NCBI GenBank assembly: GCA_964234715.1
Contig: OZ174276.1
Strand: one strand, 5' to 3'
Source: Podarcis melisellensis
Taxonomy: Eukaryota
Length of the DNA: 64,000 nucleotides
Below the pieces are notes generated by a model. That model was not told the origin of the DNA. It ran no database searches and saw only the letters and a program-made list of their open reading frames with translations. Below, piece by piece: positions 34,217 through 46,000 of the stretch. A program made the translations under genes and the position numbers. Position 1 is the first letter of the stretch, and each line of letters opens with the position of its first letter.

Positions 34217-37200
34217 GCAGAAGGATGAGAGAAGACGGTTTGCATGATCATTCCAGGTCTGTGAAACCAGAAGACAGATGTACCATAGGAGGCTTCAGAG
34301 AAGAGAAAAGTGAACTGCTTTATTCTCTGCTGCTGAGAGTTAATGACTGGAGCCAGAGATTGGGCCAGCATGTGCAGTTGCTGCTTTCCTTTTTATTTAA
34401 TTTTATACTTTTAAGATTTTTAGTGTTTGGGGTTTTGTCTATTTTTTTGCAGTGGGTGCTTCATTCCTTCTACAGTTTATCAGACAGCAGGAAGTGATAT
34501 TAGCTATAGACACTTGCAGAAACTGAAAAGCATTAGGATTTTGAGGGGAGGGGGGATGTGGCATGGAATTTTTACAAGCTTTCCTTCCAGTTTTGAGATG
34601 CGCACAAGTTTTGAAGCAGTTGCACTAGGAATGTGTTTATTTGCTGTAGTAAGTGAATGCTAATTTTGAATTCAGGGATTCCGCGAAGCCAGAAGGTACA
34701 GAGTTTTAAAGGCACTGAAGAAACGAGATCTTCCAGGCTTGAGGCATATAAACTTATTTTGCAATGGTCTCCTTGCATTGCCTCAGGTGTGCTGAAGCAA
34801 TCTAACCAGTGCTGACTGGCTGCCATTTCTATTTTAAGGCATCATTTCACACAAACTCTTCTTGGCTTGGCATAGACTTTTTGATTTCCTGCTTTTTCCA
34901 TTGTTATTCATCTGTATTTATTGATGCTACAGTATGAGGGAAACGCCTAACCATGGGACTTATAGCCCAGTCCTGGCCTCCCCATGCCTCTGGTTTTTGG
35001 CATTAGCATTTTAATTCCAGTCCAGGAAGTTGAGGAGGAGTATCTTATGTCAGAAGCTAAGCTAGAATAAAAGGAAGGCTTGAGCACACGCCTGACAGTT
35101 GCTTTAAGGCTGACGATCTTGCATAGTCCAAACTACTCTCTGTTGTTGTACCATCCTCCTCACCCCAGAAAACAAAGCCTCTCCTTGTTGCATTGCTATT
35201 GGACAAGATCACTTCCAGTTACTTGTTCCAGTGTCATAGAAATACAGTGGTCTTCAGAAAATGTCCACTAAGTAAAAATTGTAGAAGCGGGTGGAGGGGG
35301 GGGGATATTTTTATCCTTTTTAATAAAAAGTTTCTGAAATGTTTACAAAGGAGACGACTAAGGGTGTGCTATGGTGTGTAAAATCATGATTGACTGTTAG
35401 GGAACCTAAGGAATGGGGCGTTGCTTATATTTATATTCAAGAACCAGTGCAGCCAATTAACATGCCATAGTTGAACATTTTAACCAAAGGAACTGTGGGG
35501 CAAGCTGCCATGAACTATATGAGTTAGAAATGTAGCTAAGTTTGGGAAAGGTGCTAGAAAATATGGGATGAAAAGGAATATTAACACATATTAAGCAATA
35601 TGGCAAGGATTTGCATATTCAAATGAATAATGCAAGATAACAATACTTGAAAGTTGTTAGGGTTTTAGTCAGCATTTTTTAAATCCATGTCATCCCAACA
35701 CCTTAATAATGACAAAGTTATATTTAATCAAGATCCAGTTTTGCTGCCCTTCCCACTGGTGGCTAAAAAAAAAATATGAATCTGTTTATTTTTACAATTT
35801 TTGTAGTGATACCCAGAAGCACATTATGAAATGTTTTATACTAAATGAGAAATCAGCACAGAAAATGTAAAGGATTGACTCAATTTCCAAAACAGCCAAT
35901 GACAGAAACATACAGAAGTTCAAATTCCTGGTTTCACTCTTCAAACAGTCACTATATATATTATAAAGAAACAAAAATATATATATACCGTATGTACCTT
36001 GTATGACTGAAATGGCTTTTTTCTGAGGTAAGCTGCTAATGTATTTTCCCCCAAGCTCTGTCCAATGTAAACACACAGTAGTTCCGTCCTTATATTTTAA
36101 CGAAACACCATGGCATTAAAAACTTGCCTAGTTTTATTTTTGAGTTTGCACTAGATAGAAAATACATTTGTATTGCCTCTTTTCTTTGATCCTCAACCAT
36201 CGTTTCCCTCTCTTAAGTCAAAGTGGCTTTGCAGTGCCATCAGAAAGAAGTATCCCCTGTCAGGCACAATTTAAATGCAGGTCCTATACTTCCAGTTAAG
36301 ATTAGAATGTCAAACATAAATGTTACCCACTTAGAGCTCCAGGAAGTTTTTTTTTTAAAGACATAACATCTTTTTTAGAGACTAGCAGTACAAACCTATG
36401 GATTTTCTCCTTATAGGTTGCTTAGAGGATTGCAACCTACAGTATAGCTAGGGTGTTTGCTGTTGGTACCTGAAAGCAGGTTGTTGTTGTTTTTACAAGT
36501 AAGGTAGTGAATTGGCAGGTGTAAGCAAATATCAGCTACTTTCATAACACTCAACCTTCAGATTCCATTGAGGGAAGCAAATTTAGATGTAGTAACTGAA
36601 GCTTTCCAATTTCTACATAATCTTTGGTGTGCTTTGGTGGCTTTCTAAAAGGAAGTTCTCTATGTGTGTACATGGATGCAATTTTAAAATGAGTTTCCAC
36701 TGTATTGCAGTTGGCGAGAACTTAGCATCCGATAAATCAGGATGCATTTCCAGTTGCTGAATTGGGTATCCTATGCTGCATTGCTAAAATTACTTACTAG
36801 ATATTCAGGCCACCAGCGCAAGCCCCATTGAGAGGGGGGGATATGTGCTGACATGGCTTTGAAAGCCAACCTATAAAAAGCAACATAATAATTTAGTTGG
36901 ACACAGACAGCAAAATGGAAACATATCTTTGGACAACAAAGTAGCACATACAATCATAGTACTTTGGAATAGGTATAAACTGCTCCATAGTGTTCTCGTC
37001 CTTTGCCTGAAGTAGAAGGAAGGTTTAAAGACATGGGTGGTTGAAAAATAGGAAGAAGTAATTCCTGTTTGTAATAGGAAATATAATTGGATTTTGTTGC
37101 CATAGCAAAGGTATAGGGATTCTTTCCCTCACAAACATCCCCACACTCATTTTCCCCCCTTTGTAAAAGGGGACTAAATCATATCTTTCCTAAGGAAGAA

Positions 37201-37700
37201 CGAGTGAGCAGGAAATTTAGGGAGGTGATATCATGTTGCTTAATTTGTTTCCCCATCATGTTTCATGTAAATATCCCACGAATGCTGTGTATTTGTACAG
37301 GAAATTGAGCAAAAAATGTATAGATTGTGATGTCTGACTGGTACTCTGCCCTGTAAATGTATTTTTAACCTATGGCAATCTGTTGTTGTTTAAAACAACG
37401 GCAACCACAATCCCTCCCCCAACCAGTTCTCTTTTTGTGTATTCATGTTCGGAAAACCTATCATAACTGTAAGGAAAAGCAAACCTTAAAAGGAAAACAA
37501 AATATTTGTACCAGAGTCCTAAAGATATTTCATTGTATATATTGTGATAGCATGTTTCTGGAACCAACAAATAAGTGATGTGAATTTTAGGTGTAAATAT
37601 CTGTTTTGTTTTGGATTTTTTCCCCATCCCTTCCCCATTCACTCAACTGCTGTGATGATGAATTAAAAATTAATACTTGATATTAAAAAGCACTGAGCAG
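34217..37700 (+). other. DOCK3: DOCK3 3' UTR (end approximate)
   Basis: Repeat-poor AU-rich sequence after the stop; three TGTAHATA motifs near its end; ATTAAA at 37662 and 37682. Confidence 0.6.
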
Positions 37701-38789
37701 ATGCTCCAAGGTACCCATGAGATATTTATTCAGATGCCACAATGTATCTTACATATAAAAGCTGGTACTCAGTAAACTCTCATGATGTTGATCTCCTACA
37801 GATTTCCTGTTCAGGTGCTGTCAATTGAAATTACACACCAATAAGTTTAGGGGTGGGAAACTATTGAAAAATCAGGAAAATGGGAAGAATGCTGCAATCT
37901 ACTTAATAGGGAAATTGATATGATCATCTGTTATTAACTAACCGTGTTTTACCCAGCAGTATTATCCCTTACTAAAAATACTTTCCCCAAGATTTGTGGG
38001 TACCATTTTCACTTTTTTTTTAAAAAAAAAAGCATTGTAACCAGTAAATCCCTAGATGATGAAACCTTGTTGCTAGAAGAAAAGGGGATACTTGCTTCTT
38101 GCTAGAAAAGGTTTTCATCTTGCTTTATGGGACCCAAAGAGGTAGAATAATCTCACACCTAGTGAACTGAAGGCCCTGCAGAATACTCATGGATTCTCTG
38201 ACTGGCTTTCTCTAATGTTTTAGCACTCTGTGACAGCCAATTACCACCGTGTGTCCAAGTTCATTGAAATAGCTTGGCCATGCCCCCCCCCCCACCTTGT
38301 TGCCAATCACAAGCTGCATTGGTTTTGCCTTTAGACTCCTCTTCTATCAAAACAGAAACATGCCGTACATCTGAGCAGTAACCACACCAGGAAGCAGCTT
38401 CTGGAGCTGGATTTAGAGTGTTGGCAGCAATTTTCCTACTCACGGAAAAACAGTGTAAGGCCCAGAATAGGGAATGCCCCATCACACATAACGAGAATTA
38501 TTGCAGATAAATTCAGAAGCAGAAAACCATGTGCAACACATGGAAAACAGGCATGCCTAATACCTTTTGAGTCAGACTGAATGGATGAAAGATAGGAATG
38601 GAACAAAAACAGCAGCTCAACCCATCACTTAGCAAATATATGAGGATTTGGATTTCTTCCTGGGCTCAGGTCTTTTTGTTAAGCTTTAGCTAGCTGATGA
38701 GTATAGTGAGGGTGCAATGTTGAATGTAGGAGACCCTGCTACACATCTGCTAACAGGGTGGTCTTAGGGAAGTTGAACACTCTCTACCT

Positions 38790-38952
38790 ACGAACCTAAG
38801 ACCCTGCTGGGTCAGGGCAAAGACCCATCTAGTCCAGCATCCTGCCCTCACAGTGGCCAACCACATGCCCATGGGAAGCCCACAAGTTGGACCTGAGTGC
38901 AGCAGCGCTCTCTCCACTTGTAATTCCCAGTGACTGGTATTTAGAAGCAGAC
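38790..38952 (-). mobile_element. CR1-type LINE 3' fragment
   Basis: CCATCTAGTCCAGCATCCTG..CACAGTGGCCAACC, typical reverse-strand CR1 3' UTR. Confidence 0.65.
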
Positions 38953-41900
38953 CATCTCCACCAAAACCTATTCAGGGGGATTGTGAGGTCCTTTCCAGAT
39001 ACAGATAGATGCGCACACCATCAAACATCTTTCCTCTACTCAGCACATTTCCCAGCACTCAGAACAATGATTATTTTGTTGCTGAGATAGTATTGTCTCT
39101 TCCCCCTACCTCCACCTGATATAATAGTGAGTGCTATGTAGAATGTGGTTATGCAAGTATAAGTACCTATTGCAGTGTCTGTGACATCACTGGCAACAAG
39201 CAGCACAGCTCCTTTGTACGCCATTTTGTAACCTTTAATTTTGTTCCCCAATCTTGTCTTGAGGCTGAGCATTCTCCCATTCAAACATGTATGCACTCTT
39301 TAAGCCCTTTAACAGCAACTTAAAATACTTGCTTAATTTTTTTTCTTGTTTTTTTTTGTCAACATACTGATTCTGAGTATATTGTTGTATTAATATATTA
39401 CTACTGATGTGAATATTGTCTATTTTAATGCTGTTGAATGTATAGTTTATTTGATCATATATAATTGTAATTCTGTTAAAATATGAACAATTAATAAAAA
39501 GATAAAATATAACGAAAGGGCCAAACATGAGCAGGGATCCACCTTCCATCATCTCCCCACCACACACAGTATTGCCATGTCATTTCACAACCATTTTTCA
39601 TTCTGTTCAATTGCTCTTCTTCCCAAGGAGTTCTTGGAGGCTGTGTGCTCTTCCACTCCAGTGCAGGACACACTTTTCCCATTAAAGAAATAGTACTTTG
39701 GCCACCCCATATATGTGTTTCTTTCATAACGAAATCTGGGGTGAGGGTTGTTTTCTAACAAGACCCAAATACTATTTAGAATACTTACAATAAAGATAAC
39801 TTATTACAGTTAACAGAAATAATTGATCCATCAGTCAGCTTCTCTATGGAGGGGGGGGGGAGGAAGGGGAGAGGGTTACATGCACAGATCAGCCACAGTA
39901 TAGACCTTTGATTGCTTCCTGTGTGCAAAAAGGATAAATCTAAATATCTACCATCTGTGCATATAGGCACCCAGACCAACTAAGACAGGATGTGCACCAT
40001 TAAGTGCATTTCCTATTAACCTGCACTGTATGAAGATGCATATTCTCTGGGCATTACAAGTTATACACATCTTGTTTGCCTGACTACATCTTCAAAGCGA
40101 TGGAGTTTGAACCATGTAAACACAAGCTCTATAGTATCTGCCTTGATCTATGTGATATTTCAACCTGAGTTCACTGATGGTCGATTAGACTTGGAGGCAA
40201 GCCTCAAGTTTGAAAGTTACTATTCTAGTCTGTCAGAGCAGCGTCCCACAGAATGAAGGTAAGCTTTTTATCCACTAGACAAACTACTGGCCATCCAGAT
40301 ATCGTTGAACTATAACTCCTATCAGTCCTTAGTCTTGACTTTTTCTTTTTGTGCTTGTGTGGGAGTTGGGAATCCTAGGAACTTCTGGAGCACCACAGGT
40401 TAGCCTTAAAGGCAGGTGAAGTAAGCTGAAAATATGTCCTTTAGCAAAAATAAAGTGAGGCAGTGCTTAGCTAAGTTAAGAAAATGAATGCAAGGTACCG
40501 TAAGTGGTCCATTCTTAACATTAAAAGGATTTGGCTGAGATATTTAGGTTAGAACTGCAGTCTTGGGAGCCAACTCATTTAGCAACAAGGAAGTGAGACA
40601 ATTGCCTGCTATTGAATAGCCCATATAAATAGTACAAATTGTTAAGATTCAGTGGAATTGTGCTCCTTTTGTCTTTCAAAGGTGTAGGAACCTTCAGTCA
40701 CTCAATTTCTATCTAGTACCTTGCAACATCTCCAGGATCTCATCCTAACTTCAGCATTTCTATGGACCATATCAAGCAGAAATCTATTGGGCATAAGAAT
40801 GGCTAGAATGTGGAGGACTTTATAGGGTTGAAATAAAAGGGTGAGGTAGGCTTGGTTAAAGACGTAGAAGAACAAGAGGCTGCCTCCGAAACCAAGTACT
40901 GTTTTTGGTGGATGCTGTCCGAAGGAACTCTTGGCTATGGGGAAAACATGCAGTGAGTGATAAAGGAGGGTGTCTCTCCCTACTTCTCATTCCGCTTTTC
41001 CTTCTTTGTGGGGAAAGAGAGAGGCATCTCTACATTTTCATTCTGTTGCATAGAGAAGAGACTTTCGTCAGCACATGTGAATGACTTGAGTGTGTCTATA
41101 TACATATGGATATATATTTTTTTCCAAAATGTATCTAGTAAAATAATGTTTAAATATGGGTTGCAGAAATTAGATACTCTGTAATTAATCTAAGATGTAA
41201 TGGATTTTACAGTTTAAGGAACCAATTGTTGGTTTTAAATAAGTTCTGTGCTAAAAATAAATAAATACTCTTGATTACGGTTGGTGTGCATTTTCATCAC
41301 TCTTAACAAAGATATCCCTATAGATGATCAGCTGATAGGCTGTTTAATATTCAGCATCTTCATCACATACCAGAACTCTGTGCCAGGAGAGGCTTAACTC
41401 TCATGCCATGACCAAATTCAGCAATAACCACTCCAGGCAAGGAAAAAACAAGGCAATTCTCCTCAAGTACACAAGACGGAGCTGCATTCTATTCCTATTT
41501 TTTTCCCCCAACTTCTACATTAAAGTTGGGCTGTGCAAGTTCCTCCAGGGTGAGCAAAAAGTTGGTTTCAACAGCTGGTGAGAAAAAAGGAAACCTACAC
41601 ATAGCAAATATGGGAAATAGTGCTAATTATTCATGTGTATACATACCAATGCAAAAGCAAACTTTGTTTATTCCATAATCTCATTTTGCTGCAATTACCT
41701 GTCAGCATAGTGATGCATTCTACTTTCATGGACATTAAGTGTAGCACAGATAAATACTGTGGGGAGAGAATAGAGCTGGTGACTTTCCTTTGATAATTCT
41801 GAATCGTAATCCAGCTAAAAGGAGTGCGGGTATGTTGCAAAGAAATACCTGTGTAATGTAAAATGTGTGTTGCACACTTTATTTAAAAGGTCCCACACTG

Positions 41901-42716
41901 CACTAAGGATTTTTATGTCTCCACCATGTGAGGCTTATAATTTGTATATTAAAACATTTCCCTTTCTAGCGTTTGGCTCCAATCTCCAGCTCCAAATGAG
42001 TGTCTCTCAAATACGCTTGTAAATTGCCTTTGGCAAGCAAATATGCATTCCTATTTGCCCCTGAAAATGACTGCTCTGCAGGCCTTGCATCTTCCAGATT
42101 ACTGGGAGTGCCCTCTTGCCCAACACACACGTAGTCTAGAAGTGGCACAGCTGCCACGCACGTGGGGCATCTCCCATTTCAGACCAATGTTTATTGCTGC
42201 TGTTTCTACAGTCGCTACTATAAACTTCTTCTCGCTATGGCAGGCCGATTTTGAAACCCTGAGCTCACGGTTTGTATGACCCTTGTGCATCCTTTGGATT
42301 AATGGCAGCCCACTTAAAGGGGGCCTTATCCTTTACCCGCGAGGCCCGGAGCTGCCACTGGTCTCCCGCAGATGGGCTCCGGTCCCACTTGCGCCCCTAT
42401 TGCTGCAATGCCACCTTCTCCTAACCAAGAGGCTGCTCGTTCGCAAAGAAGAAGAACTGGCTCCTAACAAACGCCAGCTTCCGGTTCGGGGATGGTTCCT
42501 TCCACACGTGCACTTGCCCCTCAGCGCTTCAAGGGCCGTGGGAAGCACAGCCCGAGGCAGGCCGGCAGTGGTGACGGCGCGAAATCGTGCCCGAAACAAA
42601 TATGGCGATCTCCGCCTCCTTACGCCTTTGCCGTAAACTGCTAGGGCTCCGCCGCTGGGCACGCTTCGCGCTCAAAGTGCGCGACGACTCCCTCGTTTCA
42701 TTCGGAGGCGACTTGT

Positions 42717-42735
42717 CCAATCGGCGGCCGCCAAC
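42717..42735 (+). promoter_or_regulatory. ER-stress response element (ERSE-like, CCAAT-N9-CCAAC)
   Basis: CCAATCGGCGGCCGCCAAC vs ERSE consensus CCAAT-N9-CCACG; MANF is an established UPR target. Confidence 0.7.
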
Positions 42736-42953
42736 TCTACTGTCCCGAAAGCCCGCCTGGCCAACCGGGAAAGGGAGCGTGGAGACTTGCAACGGAGTGC
42801 TCCAATGGCAGCCTCGTACGTAGCAGGAAGAGGGGCAGGGCAGCCAATCGGGTTTCGGGTGGGCGGCGAGCGCGTCGTCAAGGTGCCGGCTGTGGAGGGG
42901 CTTTTTCCCAGTACGAGCCGAGCGAGCGGCCGAGGCGGGCGGTGAGAGGGAGG

Positions 42954-43041
42954 ATGCGGGCAGCCAACGGGCTCTGGGCGGCGCTGGCCTTGATCCTGCT
43001 CCGTGGGGAGAGCCACGCTCTGCGGGAGGGAGACTGCGAAG
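42954..43041 (+). CDS. MANF: MANF exon 1
   Basis: aggATGC ... TGC GAA G|gtgag. Confidence 0.94.
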
Positions 43042-46000
43042 GTGAGTCGCCGTCCCCGCGCGGATGGTCTGGGCAGCGGAGGGCGGAAGGGGCCCCCGGG
43101 GCTTCGCAGAGGGAAGGAGGGAGCGCGCTGCTGGGGTGGCCAGGTGGCAACGGCGCCTCCCCTTCACGAACACGGCCTCCCCTTGGCTTGGAAACCGGAG
43201 GCGAGTCTTGCCTCAGCCGCTGCTTCCACGCTTCTTTCCCCGGCCCGGTGCCGCTTTCCTCTCAACGGGAGGGACGCTGGACCCCCACATCGCAAGGCTG
43301 CCATGGGGAGGGAGATGCCCTTGCCAGCCAGCGAGTCTGTTTGGACCAAGAAGGCTATGATCAGTGCGAGTGGCTGCGGGAGCTTTGGAGAAGAAGGGAG
43401 AGGGGGTTCAAGTGTCCTGCCTGCCTGCTCTGTCGCTGTGAAAACCATTGAGAAGATGCAGCTGCCCAAGGGGTTTCCCCAGAAGCTGCTTATATAAGGA
43501 GTAGGGATAGACCCACATGTCTGGGTGTAGCTTTGAGGTCACCATTACTGCAGTGGGGGCTCATGGTAGTTGTCAGGGTCCTGCTTCCATAACGAAGAAG
43601 TGGGGTTGATCCGTTGTTGCTGCTAGGGAAGGAAGGTTAAAAGGATTGTTCCAGGTTTTGGGCTGTATGCTCCTGCCCCTGAGTTGGGAGCGTCCAGGGA
43701 AGCCCCCCTCAACTTCCTGCTGCTGGGAACTGTACACTTGACACTAGTGTGTGGGTGGGGGCCTTTTCTGCTGTGGCACCCTAGCTCAGGAATGTCTTTC
43801 CTTCTGAAATTCCTTTGCTCCCACAGACTACTGGCATGCAGGCACTAGGTGGAAATCAGACTGCCTGCTCAGACTCTGGGGCATTTGTGCTTTTTATGTT
43901 TGATATTAATGTGTTCCCTTTACCCCCCTTTGGATAGGTGTTTTAAACAGGTTATGCTTTATTGTGACCTGCCCAGGAGTCCTAAGATGTGGGTTATAAG
44001 TTGTCTAAACAATCTCTTACCTCATTCCTTTCTGTAATCGTGACCTTCAGATTGATACTAAGTAGGATATATGCTGTGAATTATATCTACAGTGTGATAT
44101 AGTCTCTATAATTGTAATGGCATGTATGGGTCCTCCCTTGTATGACTTAGTAAATGGTTACACCCACAGGCTGAAGGTCTCCTCTACAGTACTTATGTTC
44201 CTGGTTACACACTAATGCAGAAGACTCTGTTCCAGGATTTCTAATTGTTCAACCCTTAACTGAATGAGCAGCAGCTTGAGGAGCTGCTTTTATTTATGTA
44301 TATTTGTTTCATGACTTGACTGAAGCCAAAGTTTGTTTCTGGAACGGACCAGTTTTCAATACAAAGTTTCATCCTTGAAACACAAGGAATAATAGTGTTT
44401 TTAATAATGTGCAGAGTGCTGCTAATTCATGGTTGATAACACACAACCATTCTGGTTGTATTATTTTCCATAGAATTTCTGCATTTCAGAAACCATGCAC
44501 ATCTCAGCTTAGTCTTTTGATCTTAACAAAGAGAATATGGCTCAGCCAAGGTAAAAACATCTTATAAGGCAGAGGTGATGCCCCAGTGCAGGTGCCTGAT
44601 ACCGTCCACCTCCCCACCCCCCAAATTCTCCATTAATTTTGGCAGTGGCAGCAAAAAAAGGTATCACATTGGGGTGGCTAGATCTAGCATCCCACTGAGA
44701 ATGCAAATTGCTCCTACCCCAGTCATTGGATTAAATATTTGATAACCAGAGAAGTGATGACACTCCTCCCCCCGCTCAGCTGGTCTTCATGAATCAACTG
44801 GGGAGACAGGTTGTGTGCAAAACTGTGGCCACATCCAACAATGCCCAAAGATTAATGTGAAAAAGGGTAGCCACCCCTGTTGTAGCTAAGAACGGATTTG
44901 GACTGCCATGTTGTATGAAACATGCCCCTTCACAAGATAGTCTGCTGTCACAAATATGCCCAGTAGTTCATCTTCTACACTAGTGTGTTGGCTTTCGATC
45001 TGCCATGCTTAATTCATTTTGTGTAAGCTAAAAAGAAGAGAGGAGAATTTCGGGGAAGAAGTTCAATTCAGCATTATATCTCCTTCACTTTACAGTGTGT
45101 GTTTCATTCTTGGGAAGATTCTACCAGAGCCTAAAGGAGAAGAATGTTGAGTTCACACCAAACAGTATTGAAAAAGAACTTTTAAAATCCTGTAAAGAAG
45201 CAAAAGGCAAAGAGAACCGTCTGGTAAGTATTTGTAACTGGGTTATGTATTTAAAACATTTTTACCTCATTATTCACCTGAAAAGGCAGTTTGTGCAACT
45301 AATTAAAACGAGAGTCCCTCTGCACAGGCTTAGGTTTTGTTTTTTTAAATGCCAGGTGACAGTTGAAGGAGGGAATGTCCATTGCAGCTGGTCAAGTTCT
45401 GGTCGTAATTGGAATAAAAAACATAACTTAAGACAAAGAGGAAATAGTGGATGCACCTGTCTGTTTGTATCTATTTCCAACAATTTATAAATGGGTTCAC
45501 ACTGTAGTTTCTAAGCGGCCTGCAATAATGATACAGAAGAGATACAATCAGTTCAAATTAGGCATTAAAAACTTGCTTAATGTGCTGGCTGAAATAAAAA
45601 GGGCTTCACTAAGCACTGAAGGTTTAGTGGGGAAGAGGCCTATCTGATCTCAGCCAGGAGGTTGTTCCATAGAGTTGGGCCCTCAATACTAAATGCACAG
45701 CTTCTTATAAGACACCTGTATTGCGCTGACAAAGTATTGCGCTCAAGCAAGCACCACTGAGATTGTTATGAGAAATTCTTATTTAATAAATTTAGAAAAG
45801 TGTGTTGCAGTCATCCAACTTAGATGTAAGTGGGGCATATGTAACAAGGCGTAGACCTGTTTTTTGTTTTGTTTTAAAGAGTGCAGCTGCCACACAAGCC
45901 TGTGCAGAAGTCCTCTAACAGTAGTCACCACCTGGGCATCTGAGAGCAATGCTCTTTCCAAGAGGCCTTCCAAACATGGACCTGGTTTTTCCAAGAGCTG

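Larger units (their letters stand above)
42300..43400. promoter_or_regulatory. CpG island / MANF promoter and exon 1
   Basis: High GC and CpG density; CCAAT boxes at 42717, 42802, 42844; E2F-like GCGCGAAA ~42577; YY1-like AATATGGCG ~42599. Confidence 0.85.

Noticed and set aside
42942-42953. In-frame upstream GTG (GTG AGA GGG AGG ATG) recalling the MRRM start of human MANF
   Set aside because: Non-AUG codon with a good ATG 12 nt downstream; no evidence of use.
42283-43497. Cluster of 100-214 aa ORFs on both strands at the MANF promoter
   Set aside because: GC-rich CpG-island artefacts; only 42954-43041 matches MANF.
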